DNA from: Bacillota bacterium
GTDB lineage: Bacteria > Bacillota > Clostridia > Christensenellales > CAG-138
DNA length: 64,000 nt
Reading direction: 5' to 3'
Assembly (NCBI GenBank): GCA_023459335.1
Contig: JAEWUO010000003.1
Location: forward strand, 3,361-67,360
Positions 34,012 to 43,859 of the stretch are shown piece by piece. The position numbers were made by a program, and so were the translations under genes. The notes under the pieces are model-generated. The model worked only from the letters and a program-made list of their open reading frames with translations, searched no databases and had not been told where the DNA came from. Each line of letters starts with the position of its first letter. The first letter of the stretch is position 1.

Positions 34012-34740
34012 ATGGCCGTTGGCAGGTACGATCGTCAGATCCTTCTGCCTGAGATCGGCGTCGCCGGTCAGGCGCGCCTGAACGCGGCCTCCGCGCTCGT
34101 CGTCGGCTGCGGCGGGCTGGGTTCCACGCTGCTGTACTGCCTGAGCGGCATCGGAATCGGCCGCATCGGGTTTTGCGACGGGGACGTCGTTTCCGAAAGC
34201 AACCTCAACCGCCAGTTCCTTCACACGCCCGCCGACATCGGGCGCAGCAAAACGCAGTCCGCGTTTGAAAAGCTCTCCGCCTTCGCACCCGAACTGTCTT
34301 TCGAGCCGTTCAATCTCTATTTCACCGAGGAAAACGGGGCGGCGATCGTATCGAAATTCGATGTCGTGCTGCTCGCGGTGGATTCCGTCATTTCGCGTCT
34401 CGCCGTCAACCGCGCGTGCGTCTCCCTTGGCGTTCCTCTGGTGGACGCAGGCGTCAGCGGCTTCCGCGGCTCGGTGTTCGCGGTGCGCCCCGGTAAAACC
34501 GCTTGTCTCGCGTGTTTTTATGCTGAAACATCGTCTTTGGACGAACCGGTTCCCAGCTTTGCGCCAGTCGTCTCCGCAGTCGCCTCTCTGGAGGCGCAGT
34601 GCGGGGCAAACATCCTGCTCGATTTGCCAAACCCGACGGACGGGAAGCTGCTGTTTCTGGATGCCGCTTCCATGACGACCGATCTGGTGCCGATCGCAAA
34701 AACCGAAACCTGCCCCGTTTGCGGAAAGATTCGTATGTAA
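34012..34740 (+). CDS. ThiF/MoeB/HesA-family E1-like adenylyltransferase
   Basis: RYDRQILLPEIG, nucleotide loop VGCGGLGS, SNLNRQ, and two CxxC pairs (CLAC, CPVC). Starts 4 nt after the ADH stop. Confidence 0.85.
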   Translation: MAVGRYDRQILLPEIGVAGQARLNAASALVVGCGGLGSTLLYCLSGIGIGRIGFCDGDVVSESNLNRQFLHTPADIGRSKTQSAFEKLSAFAPELSFEPFNLYFTEENGAAIVSKFDVVLLAVDSVISRLAVNRACVSLGVPLVDAGVSGFRGSVFAVRPGKTACLACFYAETSSLDEPVPSFAPVVSAVASLEAQCGANILLDLPNPTDGKLLFLDAASMTTDLVPIAKTETCPVCGKIRM

Positions 34741-34751
34741 GTGAATCAAAA

Positions 34752-34777
34752 ACAGGCGCGCAAAAATACGCGCCTGT
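34752..34777. terminator. Bidirectional rho-independent terminator
   Basis: AAAAACAGGCGCG-caaaaata-CGCGCCTGTTTTTT between convergent genes. Confidence 0.85.
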
Positions 34778-34788
34778 TTTTTGATTGC

Positions 34789-35379
34789 TCAGAATCGAAG
34801 GATCGGCGCCTTTGCCAGATTGAGCACGGCAGCGGTTAATCCGGCGATCGGCAGAAACACGAACATCGCGAGCATCATCGCCAGTTCGTAAAAAATATTG
34901 CTGCGCGGGTCTGCCTTCCCGCGGAACCGAAGAAGGAATGAACCGGACGGGATGCCCGTCGCGTTGCCCATCATGATCATCCGCGTGACCGCGAGCACGC
35001 CGTACGCGCCCGTTTCGCCGTAGGCCGAAACGATCCGGTCCCAACTCTCTCGCGAGGGTTTCCCTCGCGTGTCCGCGTAGTGCTGCGCGAATAGAACGCC
35101 GTCCAGTTCGTGTTCCGGTACGTCGGCGAAGCTGCCTCCGAGCATATTCCGTATCTCCTCCGCGGAGAACCCTTCCTCAAGCGCGACGCGCGTATGATAA
35201 TACGAGCACACCGCGCATCCGTTGACTTCGGTTACGGCGAGCATGATCCTCTCCAGAAACGCTTTATTCATCTTTCCCGCTTTTTTCGCCTTTTTCAGGA
35301 GCGGAATCGAACGAAACGCCAGCGTCATGATGCGAAACAGTTCTATCATCGAGAATAATTTTTTGCCGGATGTCTTCAT
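34789..35379 (-). CDS. Carboxymuconolactone decarboxylase (AhpD-like) family protein with C-terminal TM
   Basis: GCAVCSYYH (CxxCxxxH) motif. I prefer the ATG at 35379 (GGAGA RBS) over 35391. Confidence 0.75.
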   Translation of the reverse strand: MKTSGKKLFSMIELFRIMTLAFRSIPLLKKAKKAGKMNKAFLERIMLAVTEVNGCAVCSYYHTRVALEEGFSAEEIRNMLGGSFADVPEHELDGVLFAQHYADTRGKPSRESWDRIVSAYGETGAYGVLAVTRMIMMGNATGIPSGSFLLRFRGKADPRSNIFYELAMMLAMFVFLPIAGLTAAVLNLAKAPILRF

Positions 35380-35537
35380 GCGGTTCTCCATTCGTTGCCG
35401 AGTCGATCGGCATACTATTTATCTTACGCCGAAACGGGTTAATCCACAATATAAGTGCGTCCTGAAGATACGAAACAGCGATTATCATCTCCGGGAACAA
35501 CGGAAACGTGACCCGGACAAACGCGATACGGACTTTG

Positions 35538-35566
35538 TTGACAAAATATTCGCTTGTTATTATGAT
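35538..35566 (+). promoter_or_regulatory. Candidate promoter upstream of the 35728 membrane-protein gene
   Basis: TTGACA (35538-35543), a 17-nt spacer, then TATGAT (35561-35566). Leaves a leader of about 155 nt. Confidence 0.5.
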
Positions 35567-35727
35567 TCTAATAATGCGTATAAAATCGATATGCAACCGC
35601 GGGGCGCGCGCATTGAAAAGAATATTAAAATCAATCGTATTTTTCTTGCGTCATTTCAGGGTTCTATCGGTATGAGATCACAGCTCGGTTCTATCTATCA
35701 AATCCGGTAAAGGAAACAGGGAATTTG

Positions 35728-37365
35728 ATGAAAGTCAAGATGAAAGCAATTAAGTTTCGGCCGATTAGCGCAATGTGTTCGCTGCTGTTGAGTTGTTTCT
35801 TTACATTCGGGAGAAAGATCGTCTTTTCCGGTTCCGTCTTTTCCGGCTGGCAGGAGAACTACTTTAAAGATTTTAACGCGTTTGATCTTGTTCTATTCTT
35901 GTTGGCAGCGCTGTTCATTTATGCGGTTCTTTTGACGCTGATTTATTTCGCCCCGGCCCTTCGCAGGCTTGTAACAACAAACCGTCCGCGTAAAGCGTCT
36001 CCGGTGAAGATTGCGCTGTCGTTTTCTCTCGGGCTTATGCTGCTTTGGAGTCCGTATTTCTTGTCGTTCTTCCCCGGCTTCGTATTATCCGATTCGCTCA
36101 GCTCTATCCGGCAGGCATTGTGGGGAATATCCAGCAATCAACATCCGGCTGTCTACACGCTGTTTGTTAAGGTTTTCATTACCGTCGGGCGGCATCTTGG
36201 CAGTCTTTCAAGCTTAAATACCGGCGTGTTTTTATACGCGCTTTTTCAATATGTCGTAATGGCTTTGGTGCAGGGCGGCCTGTTGTCGCTGTTGTATTCT
36301 AAAAACGTAAGGCTCGTATATGTCCTCGCGGCTGGCCTTTTCTTCGGCATCATGCCCGTATTCCCCTCATATGCGCTGATCCTCTGGAAAGACCCTCTGT
36401 TTTCGGTTGGGCTTTTGCTTCTCAGCATATACCTGTATTTCTTTGTGGATCAGCCGCAGGACCGAAACAAAAAATGGATGTGGCTGCTTTTAATCGTCGG
36501 TTCGTTTCTCACTCTGTTTTTTAGAAACAACGGCGTATACACCTTTGCAGCGGTACTCCTCTTGTTTGCAATCGTCATCAAAAAACCGTCGCGCGCAGCT
36601 TCTTTCTTTATGGCGGGAATGATCGCGCTGTATTTCTTTATCAGCGGTCCGGTATTATCGTATTTTAAAGTAGAAAAACCGTCCGTGGAAGCATACGGCG
36701 TACCGATTCAGCAGGTTGCTTATGTAGCCGCGCAAAGCCCCGGCGAATTGACCGGTCAGGAGGCTGCGGTGATCGGTGCAATTGTGCCGCTTGAACAGTA
36801 CAGCGCGATTTATGATCCATGCCTTGTGGATTCGATCAAGTTCAGCAGTTCCTTCGACAGAGCTTACTGGAACCAGCACAGCGGAGATTTTTTGCGCACG
36901 TATCTCTCCATGCTGCCGAAGCATTTCCCCGCGTATGTGAAGGCATACTGCCTGGCGACCTTTGGATTCTGGCACCCCTGCCTGCAAAATGAATACGGTT
37001 ATATCGACCAGTTTATCACGGAAAATACGCTTGAAATTCATACGGTGGATTTGATTCAGAATGTGTTCGGCTTTTCCGTTCAGGATAAGCTTCTGGCCTT
37101 TCGTCCCATGCTTGGTTCCGGCACGCTTGCCTGGATTATGCTCGTCTCTTTGACGCTCTGCCTTGAATCAGGGCAGAAGAAGCGTGCTCTGTTTTATGCA
37201 CCGCCGTTCTTCCTGTGGCTGTTTGTGTTGATCGCCACCCCGGTCGCGTTCAGTTTCCGGTATGTTTATTTGCTCGCGCTGCTTTTGCCAATGATGCTGA
37301 TCTATCCTTTTTTAAGCATACCGGCCGGCCGTCACGCTGAACAGAAAGAAGAAAAAGAAGCATAA
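35728..37365 (+). CDS. Large polytopic membrane protein, GT-C-like (DUF6020-like, tentative)
   Basis: About 545 aa, more than 12 TMs with a central extracytoplasmic segment. AT-richer than the flanks and convergent with a GtrB-like GT2 gene. Confidence 0.5.
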   Translation: MKVKMKAIKFRPISAMCSLLLSCFFTFGRKIVFSGSVFSGWQENYFKDFNAFDLVLFLLAALFIYAVLLTLIYFAPALRRLVTTNRPRKASPVKIALSFSLGLMLLWSPYFLSFFPGFVLSDSLSSIRQALWGISSNQHPAVYTLFVKVFITVGRHLGSLSSLNTGVFLYALFQYVVMALVQGGLLSLLYSKNVRLVYVLAAGLFFGIMPVFPSYALILWKDPLFSVGLLLLSIYLYFFVDQPQDRNKKWMWLLLIVGSFLTLFFRNNGVYTFAAVLLLFAIVIKKPSRAASFFMAGMIALYFFISGPVLSYFKVEKPSVEAYGVPIQQVAYVAAQSPGELTGQEAAVIGAIVPLEQYSAIYDPCLVDSIKFSSSFDRAYWNQHSGDFLRTYLSMLPKHFPAYVKAYCLATFGFWHPCLQNEYGYIDQFITENTLEIHTVDLIQNVFGFSVQDKLLAFRPMLGSGTLAWIMLVSLTLCLESGQKKRALFYAPPFFLWLFVLIATPVAFSFRYVYLLALLLPMMLIYPFLSIPAGRHAEQKEEKEA

Positions 37366-37453
37366 CAAGATAAGCTATGCTTCCATAAGTCCGATACCGA
37401 CCATCGAAACGGAGATGTTCAGGGAACTATCATAATGCCTTTACCGCATTCGG

Positions 37454-38413
37454 TTATTCTGCGGTCTTTTCACGAATGCGTTCTTCGCTGAATTGATGCA
37501 GGATCGTTAAAAGATTCAGCTGCATTTCGAATAACTGCTTGTGTTTTTTAGCTACCGTATCAAGCACAAGCCCGCATACCTCGGCCAGCGCGGAAAGCAT
37601 CAATATCGTACACGATGCGATCAGGGTAGGAAATCTGGGAACAATGCCGGTTTGCGCATACTCCACCAGCACGGGCAAAAACATTACAATTCCAATAAGG
37701 AAAAACACAAGCGCTATGATCGAAAAGAACAGCAGCGGGCGGCAGTCCTTAAACAGCAGAAACGTGGTACGAAGAACGCGAAACCCGTCGGAAAACGTAT
37801 TCAATTTGGACTCGCTGCCTTCCGGCCTGTCGCGATAAGCCACGGGTACGGAATTGATAAGAAGATTATTTTCGAGCGCGTGGATTGTCATTTCCGTCTC
37901 GATCTCAAACCCTCTTGATAAAACCGGAAATGTCTTGACATAACTGTAGCTGAAGGCACGGTATCCCGTCATAATGTCTTTTACATTCCCTTTGAAAATG
38001 AAGTTGACAAGTAACCGGACCAATGCATTCCCCATGTTATGAAACGGACGTTTGTTTTCCTGGAAATATGTCGAGGACAGGCGATCTCCAATCGCCATAT
38101 CGGCTTTTCCGTCCAGCACCAAATCGACCATTTCGCGCGCGCTTTCGCAGGGATATGTGTCGTCGCCGTCAATCATGAGATAACAGTCGGCGTTGATTTG
38201 CCGAAACATGGAGCGTATGACATTGCCTTTCCCTTGTCGGTATTCGTATCGAACCGTCGCGCCGGCTTTTCTGGCGATATCATCCGTGCCGTCTCTGGAG
38301 TTGTTGTCGTACACGAAAAAATCCGCTTCCGGCAAAACGGACTTGAATTCGGAGATCACCTTGCCAATCGTTTTCGCTTCATTGAAGCAAGGAATCAGAA
38401 CTGCGATTTTCAT
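37454..38413 (-). CDS. GT2-family polyprenyl-phosphate glycosyltransferase (GtrB/CsbB-like)
   Basis: VLIPCFNEAKTI and DGDDTY (DxD) motifs, with two C-terminal TM helices typical of GtrB-type enzymes. Confidence 0.85.
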   Translation of the reverse strand: MKIAVLIPCFNEAKTIGKVISEFKSVLPEADFFVYDNNSRDGTDDIARKAGATVRYEYRQGKGNVIRSMFRQINADCYLMIDGDDTYPCESAREMVDLVLDGKADMAIGDRLSSTYFQENKRPFHNMGNALVRLLVNFIFKGNVKDIMTGYRAFSYSYVKTFPVLSRGFEIETEMTIHALENNLLINSVPVAYRDRPEGSESKLNTFSDGFRVLRTTFLLFKDCRPLLFFSIIALVFFLIGIVMFLPVLVEYAQTGIVPRFPTLIASCTILMLSALAEVCGLVLDTVAKKHKQLFEMQLNLLTILHQFSEERIREKTAE

Positions 38414-38713
38414 GTGCTTGCAACCTCATCATGCTTTCAGTTTTATTTGGCATCATACGATGGTACAATCATGGTACAGCTGAAACAGCTGACTGAGTGG
38501 TTGTGTGGATCTATTTCTGATTTTTTTAATGCTCTTCGTCGATTCTCTCAGTTGATTATAGCCAGAATAATGAGAGCTTGCAATAATTAAGCGAGTCCAT
38601 CCAGTCGCATCCTGTCACTGAAAAAGAACGGGAAAAACACAAAGTTCACATGGAAAAAACTGCTTCTATGCGAACTTATATATCTCGCGCCTACAGAGAG
38701 GCCGTTACCGTAA

Positions 38714-40324
38714 TCAATTGCTATTTTTCGCGTTTTTCAGCGAAGCCGCGACAAACCCTTTGAAGAGCGGATGCGCGCGGTTCGGGCGGCTCTTGAACTC
38801 CGGATGGAACTGCACGCCGATAAAGAACGGGTGATCCTTCAGTTCGACGGTTTCCACGATCCGTTCGTCTGGCGAAACGCCGGAAAGCACGAGCCCCGCT
38901 TCGGAAAGTTTCTCGCGGTAGTCGTTATTGAACTCATAACGGTGGCGATGGCGTTCGTGAATCAGCGGCTGGCGGTAGCAGCGCTCTAAAAGAGAACCCG
39001 GCTGCGTCTTGCACGGGTAGCTGCCGAGGCGCATGGTTCCTCCCTTGTTGATTGTCGCATACTGATCCGGCATGAAGTCGATCACCTTATGCGGGCTGTT
39101 CTCGTCGAATTCGCCGGAATTCGCGCCGAACAGTCCCGCGACATTGCGTGCAAATTCAATCACCGCAATCTGCATGCCGAGGCACAACCCCAGATACGGA
39201 ATTTTATGTTCCCGCGCATATTTCGCGGTCAGAATCATCCCTTCTACACCGCGCACGCCAAACCCACCGGGCAATACGATTCCGTCCAGTCCCGTGAGCT
39301 TTTCATCCACATTTTTACAGTCGAGCGCCTCCGAGTCGATCCACTCAATCTCTACGACCGCGCTGTTTTCGTATCCCGCGTGACGGATCGCCTCCGCGAC
39401 GGAGAGATACGCGTCGTGCAGCTTGACGTATTTTCCGACGAGCCCGATCTTCACGTGCTTCGTGCTGTTTCTCACGCGTTCGAGCATCTGATTCCACTCG
39501 GTCAAGTTCGGCTGCGGGAGGTCGAGCTGCAGTTCGCGGCAGACTACCTCCGAAAAATTGCTGCGCTCCAGCATGATCGGCGCTTCATAGAGCGTATCCA
39601 CCGTCAGATTTTCGATGACGCAGTCCTGCTTGACGTTGCAGAACAGCGCGATCTTTCTCTTGATGCCTTCGTCCACCGGCCGGTCGACGCGCATGACGAT
39701 GACGTTCGGCGTGATACCCAGCGACTGGAGTTCCTTGACGGAATGCTGCGTTGGTTTGGATTTGTGCTCGTCCGAGCCGGAAAGGTACGGCACCAGCGTA
39801 ACGTGGATATAGAGGCAGTTGCTCGGCCCGACTTCGTGACCCACCTGCCGGATCGCCTCCAGAAACGGCTGGCTCTCGATGTCGCCGATCGTGCCGCCGA
39901 TCTCTGTGATGACCACATCCGCATGCGTCGCGTCCGCAACGCTGTAGATAAACCGCTTGATTTCATTGGTCACGTGCGGGATGACCTGCACCGTTTCGCC
40001 AAGATACGTGCCCGCGCGTTCGTTGGTCAGGATGTTCCAGTAAACCTTTCCCTGCGTGAGGTTGGAAAACCGGTTCAAATCCTCGTCGATGAATCGTTCA
40101 TAGTGTCCCAGATCAAGGTCGGTTTCCGCGCCGTCCTCGGTCACAAACACTTCTCCGTGCTGAAAGGGGCTCATCGTGCCGGGATCGACGTTGATATACG
40201 GGTCAAGCTTCTGCGCGGCAACCTTCAGCCCGCGCGCCTTGAGCAGACGTCCTAGCGACGCCGCAGTAATGCCCTTGCCCAACCCTGAAACAACGCCGCC
40301 CGTCACAAAAATATACTTCGCCAT
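38714..40324 (-). CDS. pyrG: CTP synthase
   Basis: 536 aa. [19 protein letters not shown]-terminus and a GATase domain with the GLCLGMQ catalytic Cys. Confidence 0.97.
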   Translation of the reverse strand: MAKYIFVTGGVVSGLGKGITAASLGRLLKARGLKVAAQKLDPYINVDPGTMSPFQHGEVFVTEDGAETDLDLGHYERFIDEDLNRFSNLTQGKVYWNILTNERAGTYLGETVQVIPHVTNEIKRFIYSVADATHADVVITEIGGTIGDIESQPFLEAIRQVGHEVGPSNCLYIHVTLVPYLSGSDEHKSKPTQHSVKELQSLGITPNVIVMRVDRPVDEGIKRKIALFCNVKQDCVIENLTVDTLYEAPIMLERSNFSEVVCRELQLDLPQPNLTEWNQMLERVRNSTKHVKIGLVGKYVKLHDAYLSVAEAIRHAGYENSAVVEIEWIDSEALDCKNVDEKLTGLDGIVLPGGFGVRGVEGMILTAKYAREHKIPYLGLCLGMQIAVIEFARNVAGLFGANSGEFDENSPHKVIDFMPDQYATINKGGTMRLGSYPCKTQPGSLLERCYRQPLIHERHRHRYEFNNDYREKLSEAGLVLSGVSPDERIVETVELKDHPFFIGVQFHPEFKSRPNRAHPLFKGFVAASLKNAKNSN

Positions 40325-40374
40325 ACAATCTCCTCCGTGTCCCTTCCGTTTCTTTCGTTCCTGTTCAATCGCTG

Positions 40375-40392
40375 AAAAACCCGCGCGCGGGT
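40375..40392 (-). terminator. Hairpin plus T-run in the pyrG leader (candidate attenuator)
   Basis: Reverse strand reads CCCGCG/CGCGGG followed by TTTTT, about 50 nt upstream of the pyrG ATG and downstream of the glmS terminator. Confidence 0.45.
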
Positions 40393-40445
40393 AAATATGA
40401 CAATCAAGCCCGTCTGGTTTTCGTCATTTACTTCAAAACAAAATC

Positions 40446-40470
40446 AACGCCCCTTTTTGAAAGGGGCGTT
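40446..40470 (-). terminator. Rho-independent terminator of glmS
   Basis: AACGCCCCTT-tttga-AAGGGGCGTT, 12 nt after the glmS stop, with a T-rich tract following on the reverse strand. Confidence 0.8.
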
Positions 40471-40481
40471 AATAAGGGTGG

Positions 40482-42311
40482 CTATTCCACCGTCACGCTT
40501 TTTGCAAGATTCCGCGGCTGATCCACCGGACATCCTTTCTGCACCGCGAGGTAATACGCCAGCAGCTGCATCGGGATGATCGCGCAGAGCGGAGCTAATG
40601 TGCTGTCCATCTGTTCGATCTGCCATTGCTCGTGGGAGTGGCCTTTCGCCCCTTCCCAATATCCGTTTGTGACGGCGAGCACATGCGCGCCGCGGACGCG
40701 GACCTCCTCCATATTGCTGGCGACCTTTGCCTGCAACTCCGGCTGCGTCGCAAGAGCGACCACCAGAGAGCCTTCTTCGATGAGGGCGATGGTGCCGTGC
40801 TTTAGTTCGCCGGCGGCGTACGCTTCCGAATGGATATAAGAAATTTCCTTGAGTTTTAAAGCCGCTTCCATCGCCAGCGCGTAATCCATGCCGCGGCCGA
40901 TGAAGAACACATGTTTCACCGCGAACGAGCGGCTTGAAAAATACTGGATCTGTTCTTTGTTGTCCAGCACCTTCTGCATCGCGGCGGGAATCCGGCTCAT
41001 TTCCCGCAGCCGGTTTGAAACTTCCTCGTGCGTCATGGCCCCGCGTTTTTCGGCGAGGTCCAGCGCGCACAGATACAGCACAATGATCTGCGTCAGATAG
41101 GATTTGGTAGCCGCGACGGCGATTTCCGGCCCGGCGTAGGTGTAGAGCACGTGCCCCGCTTCGCGGGAAATCGTGCTGCCGGTCACGTTGCACACCGCCA
41201 TGGTGTCGCATCCGAGTTCTTTCGCGCGGCGCAGCGCGGCGATCGTATCCGCCGTTTCGCCGGACTGGCTGACGACCAGAAACGGTTCGCCTTTTTCAAT
41301 CAATGAATCGCCGTAGCGGTATTCGCTCGCGATATCGACGTCCACGCGCAGCTTCGCCATGTGTTCGATAAATTTCTTGCCGAGCATCCCCGCGTGGTAC
41401 GCCGTTCCGCAGCTGACGATGGTGATGCGCTTCAGGTTTTTTGCGCGAGCCGCGTCCCAGGGGAAACGGTCTGATTTGAGGGAAAAATCCTTGGAGGAAA
41501 CATACTGATCGAACGTCTTTTTAAACGCGTCCGGCTCCTCGCAGATCTCCTTCATCATAAAGTGTTCGTAGTTGCCCTTTTTTGCGGACTCGACATCCCA
41601 GTCGACATGCATCGGCGTCTTTGTGATCTCCGCGCCGAACTCGTCGTAAAACCGCATGCCTTCTTTTTTGAGCACCGCTATCTGCCGGTCCTGAACGAAG
41701 CAGACGTCCCGCGTATACTCCAAAATCGCGGGGATATCGGAGGCGACGACGCTCTCTCCCTTCCCATGCCCGACCACCATCGGGCTGTCCTTGCAGGTGC
41801 AGTAAATCGTCTCCGGATCGTCCGCAAAGAGGATCGCAAGCGCAAACGAGCCTTCCAGCATACCCGCCGCTTTGACCAGCGTCGCGAGCGGGTCGCCGCC
41901 GTAAAGATGTCCCAAAAGCTGCGCGACGACTTCCGTATCCGTCGCGGAGACGAACACGCAGCCGTTCTTTTCCAGCATTTCTTTGATGTGCAGATAGTTT
42001 TCGATGATACCGTTATGTACGATGGCGATTGTTTTTTTTGTGTCCGTGTGCGGGTGCGCGTTGATGTCGGAAGGTTCGCCGTGCGTCGCCCAGCGCGTAT
42101 GCCCGATGCCGCAGGTTCCGCTGACGGGAGACGATTTGAGCAATTCCTGCAGGTTTTCAATCTTTCCTTTCGCTTTGCGCAGAGACAGGCCGGAGCCTTC
42201 CCAGACCGCGACGCCGGCGGAGTCATATCCGCGGTAAGCCAGCGCGGACAGTCCGTTCATGAGGACCGGAACACAGTTTTTATCGCCTGTATATCCAACG
42301 ATACCACACAT
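40482..42311 (-). CDS. glmS: Glutamine--fructose-6-phosphate aminotransferase
   Basis: True start at MCGIVGYTG (ATG complement at 42309-42311), followed by two SIS domains and a C-terminal KSVTVE. The track ORF extends 48 codons upstream into the leader. Confidence 0.97.
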   Translation of the reverse strand: MCGIVGYTGDKNCVPVLMNGLSALAYRGYDSAGVAVWEGSGLSLRKAKGKIENLQELLKSSPVSGTCGIGHTRWATHGEPSDINAHPHTDTKKTIAIVHNGIIENYLHIKEMLEKNGCVFVSATDTEVVAQLLGHLYGGDPLATLVKAAGMLEGSFALAILFADDPETIYCTCKDSPMVVGHGKGESVVASDIPAILEYTRDVCFVQDRQIAVLKKEGMRFYDEFGAEITKTPMHVDWDVESAKKGNYEHFMMKEICEEPDAFKKTFDQYVSSKDFSLKSDRFPWDAARAKNLKRITIVSCGTAYHAGMLGKKFIEHMAKLRVDVDIASEYRYGDSLIEKGEPFLVVSQSGETADTIAALRRAKELGCDTMAVCNVTGSTISREAGHVLYTYAGPEIAVAATKSYLTQIIVLYLCALDLAEKRGAMTHEEVSNRLREMSRIPAAMQKVLDNKEQIQYFSSRSFAVKHVFFIGRGMDYALAMEAALKLKEISYIHSEAYAAGELKHGTIALIEEGSLVVALATQPELQAKVASNMEEVRVRGAHVLAVTNGYWEGAKGHSHEQWQIEQMDSTLAPLCAIIPMQLLAYYLAVQKGCPVDQPRNLAKSVTVE

Positions 42312-42401
42312 ATTGAGAAAATCCCTCCCTTGCCAAAAATGAAGCGTCCGATAATAAGCCGCCAACCGCCCACCCATTATCGGACGTAAAATCCTTTCGG
42401 T

Positions 42402-42431
42402 ATTATACAAAACCCCTCGTCCCCGCGTCAA
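42402..42431 (-). promoter_or_regulatory. Candidate glmS promoter
   Basis: Reverse strand reads TTGACG (42426-42431), an 18-nt spacer, then TATAAT (42402-42407). Leaves a leader of about 90 nt with a 10-bp-stem hairpin (42346-42385). Confidence 0.45.
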
Positions 42432-42550
42432 GCAAATTTTCAGCGGGGCGGACACAATCGCTTGCGCCGCCCCGTTTTGTCAGGTACATAATATGGAACT
42501 GTTCATCTTTTGTTTCTTTCGTCTCTCATGATGCGGCAGCCGGAGTTTTC

Positions 42551-43786
42551 TTACTTTCCTGCGAAGAACCTCTCGCCGCAGCCGTATCGCTCGTAGACAT
42601 AGTCGATATCCTTGTCGCCCCTGCCGGAGAGGTTAACGAGGATGGAGCCTTTGTTATTTTCGCGCGCGAACCGCATGGCATACGCCAGCGCGTGGGAGCT
42701 CTCGATCGCGGGGATGATCCCCTCGTAACGGCTCAGGAAGAAGAACGCCTCCATGGCTTCTTCGTCCGTCACACTCGTGTACTTCACGCGGCCTACGTCG
42801 TGCAGGAACGCGTGTTCCGGCCCGACAGAGGGGTAGTCGAGCCCGCTCGCGATGCTGTAAACGGGCAGCGGTTCACCTTTTTCATCCTGCAGCAGCAGGC
42901 TCTCAAAACCGTGCAGCACGCCTTTTTTGCCGAATGTGATGGAAGCCGCGTTATCGCCGATGCTGGAGCCGCGTCCCATCGGTTCCACGCCGACGATTTC
43001 AACCGGTTCCTCATAGAACGTGGTGAACAGTCCCGCCGCGTTGGAACCGCCGCCTACGCACGCGCAGACTACGTCCGGCAGAAGTCCCGTCATATCGACG
43101 AACTGTTCCTTTGCCTCGATGCCAACCACCATCTGGAAGTCCCGCACCATCTTGGGAAAGGGGTGCGGGCCGACTACGGAACCGATACAGTAGATCGCGT
43201 CCTCATATTCGTTCAGATATGCCGTGAACGCCGCGTCGACCGCCTCTTTCAGCGTCTTGAGCCCGTGCGATGCGGGGATGACGCGCGCGCCCAAGAGCTT
43301 CATACGGGTCACGTTGGGCGCCTGCTTTGCGATGTCCACGTCCCCCATGTAGATATCGCACTCAAGGCCGAAGTACGCCGCCGCGGTCGCGAGCGCAACG
43401 CCGTGCTGGCCCGCGCCGGTTTCCGCGATCAGTTTTTTCTTGCCGAGGAATTTGGCGAGCAAGCCTTCACCCATGCAGTGGTTCAGCTTGTGCGCGCCGG
43501 TATGGTTGAGGTCCTCGCGCTTTAAGTAAATCTGTGTTTTACCGAGCAGGCGGGATAACCGTTCCGCGTGGTAAACCGGCGTTGGGCGTCCCTGAAACTC
43601 CTTGCGGATGCGCCTTAGCTCACTGATGAACTGTGCGCTGTGGCAGATGGTTTCGTACGCGTCGTCGATTTCCTTGAACACGGGCACGAGCTGCGGCGGT
43701 AAAAAAGCGCCGCCGTATTCGCCGAAGCGGCCGTTTTCGTCTGGGTAGAGCTTGACATAGTTGGTGAAGTCTTTGTAGGTCATCAT
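42551..43786 (-). CDS. trpB: Tryptophan synthase beta-chain family PLP enzyme (stand-alone, no trpA nearby)
   Basis: [30 protein letters not shown] (PLP Lys), [12 protein letters not shown] prefer the start at MMTYKDF (43786) with a GAAGGA RBS. Confidence 0.85.
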   Translation of the reverse strand: MMTYKDFTNYVKLYPDENGRFGEYGGAFLPPQLVPVFKEIDDAYETICHSAQFISELRRIRKEFQGRPTPVYHAERLSRLLGKTQIYLKREDLNHTGAHKLNHCMGEGLLAKFLGKKKLIAETGAGQHGVALATAAAYFGLECDIYMGDVDIAKQAPNVTRMKLLGARVIPASHGLKTLKEAVDAAFTAYLNEYEDAIYCIGSVVGPHPFPKMVRDFQMVVGIEAKEQFVDMTGLLPDVVCACVGGGSNAAGLFTTFYEEPVEIVGVEPMGRGSSIGDNAASITFGKKGVLHGFESLLLQDEKGEPLPVYSIASGLDYPSVGPEHAFLHDVGRVKYTSVTDEEAMEAFFFLSRYEGIIPAIESSHALAYAMRFARENNKGSILVNLSGRGDKDIDYVYERYGCGERFFAGK

Positions 43787-43859
43787 GGTATTTTTCCTTC
43801 GCCCGCCGTTGGCCGCGGACATTAATCCTTTCTTATTGTTTCATTTTTAATTTTGTGGC

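Noticed and set aside
39089-40255. 388-aa plus-strand ORF
   Set aside because: It is antisense to pyrG, which is unambiguous. No motifs are present.
42312-42455. 48-codon N-terminal extension of the glmS ORF
   Set aside because: GlmS must begin with Met-Cys (Cys2 is the amidotransferase nucleophile). MCGIVGY starts at 42311, and the upstream part is leader and promoter sequence.
42312-42550. Canonical glmS ribozyme
   Set aside because: I found only a GACGAGG heptamer and GGCGG elements. The cleavage-site and core segments I remember from the Bacillus ribozyme are not recognisable, and the spacing is wrong. It is kept as an open question in the findings rather than annotated.
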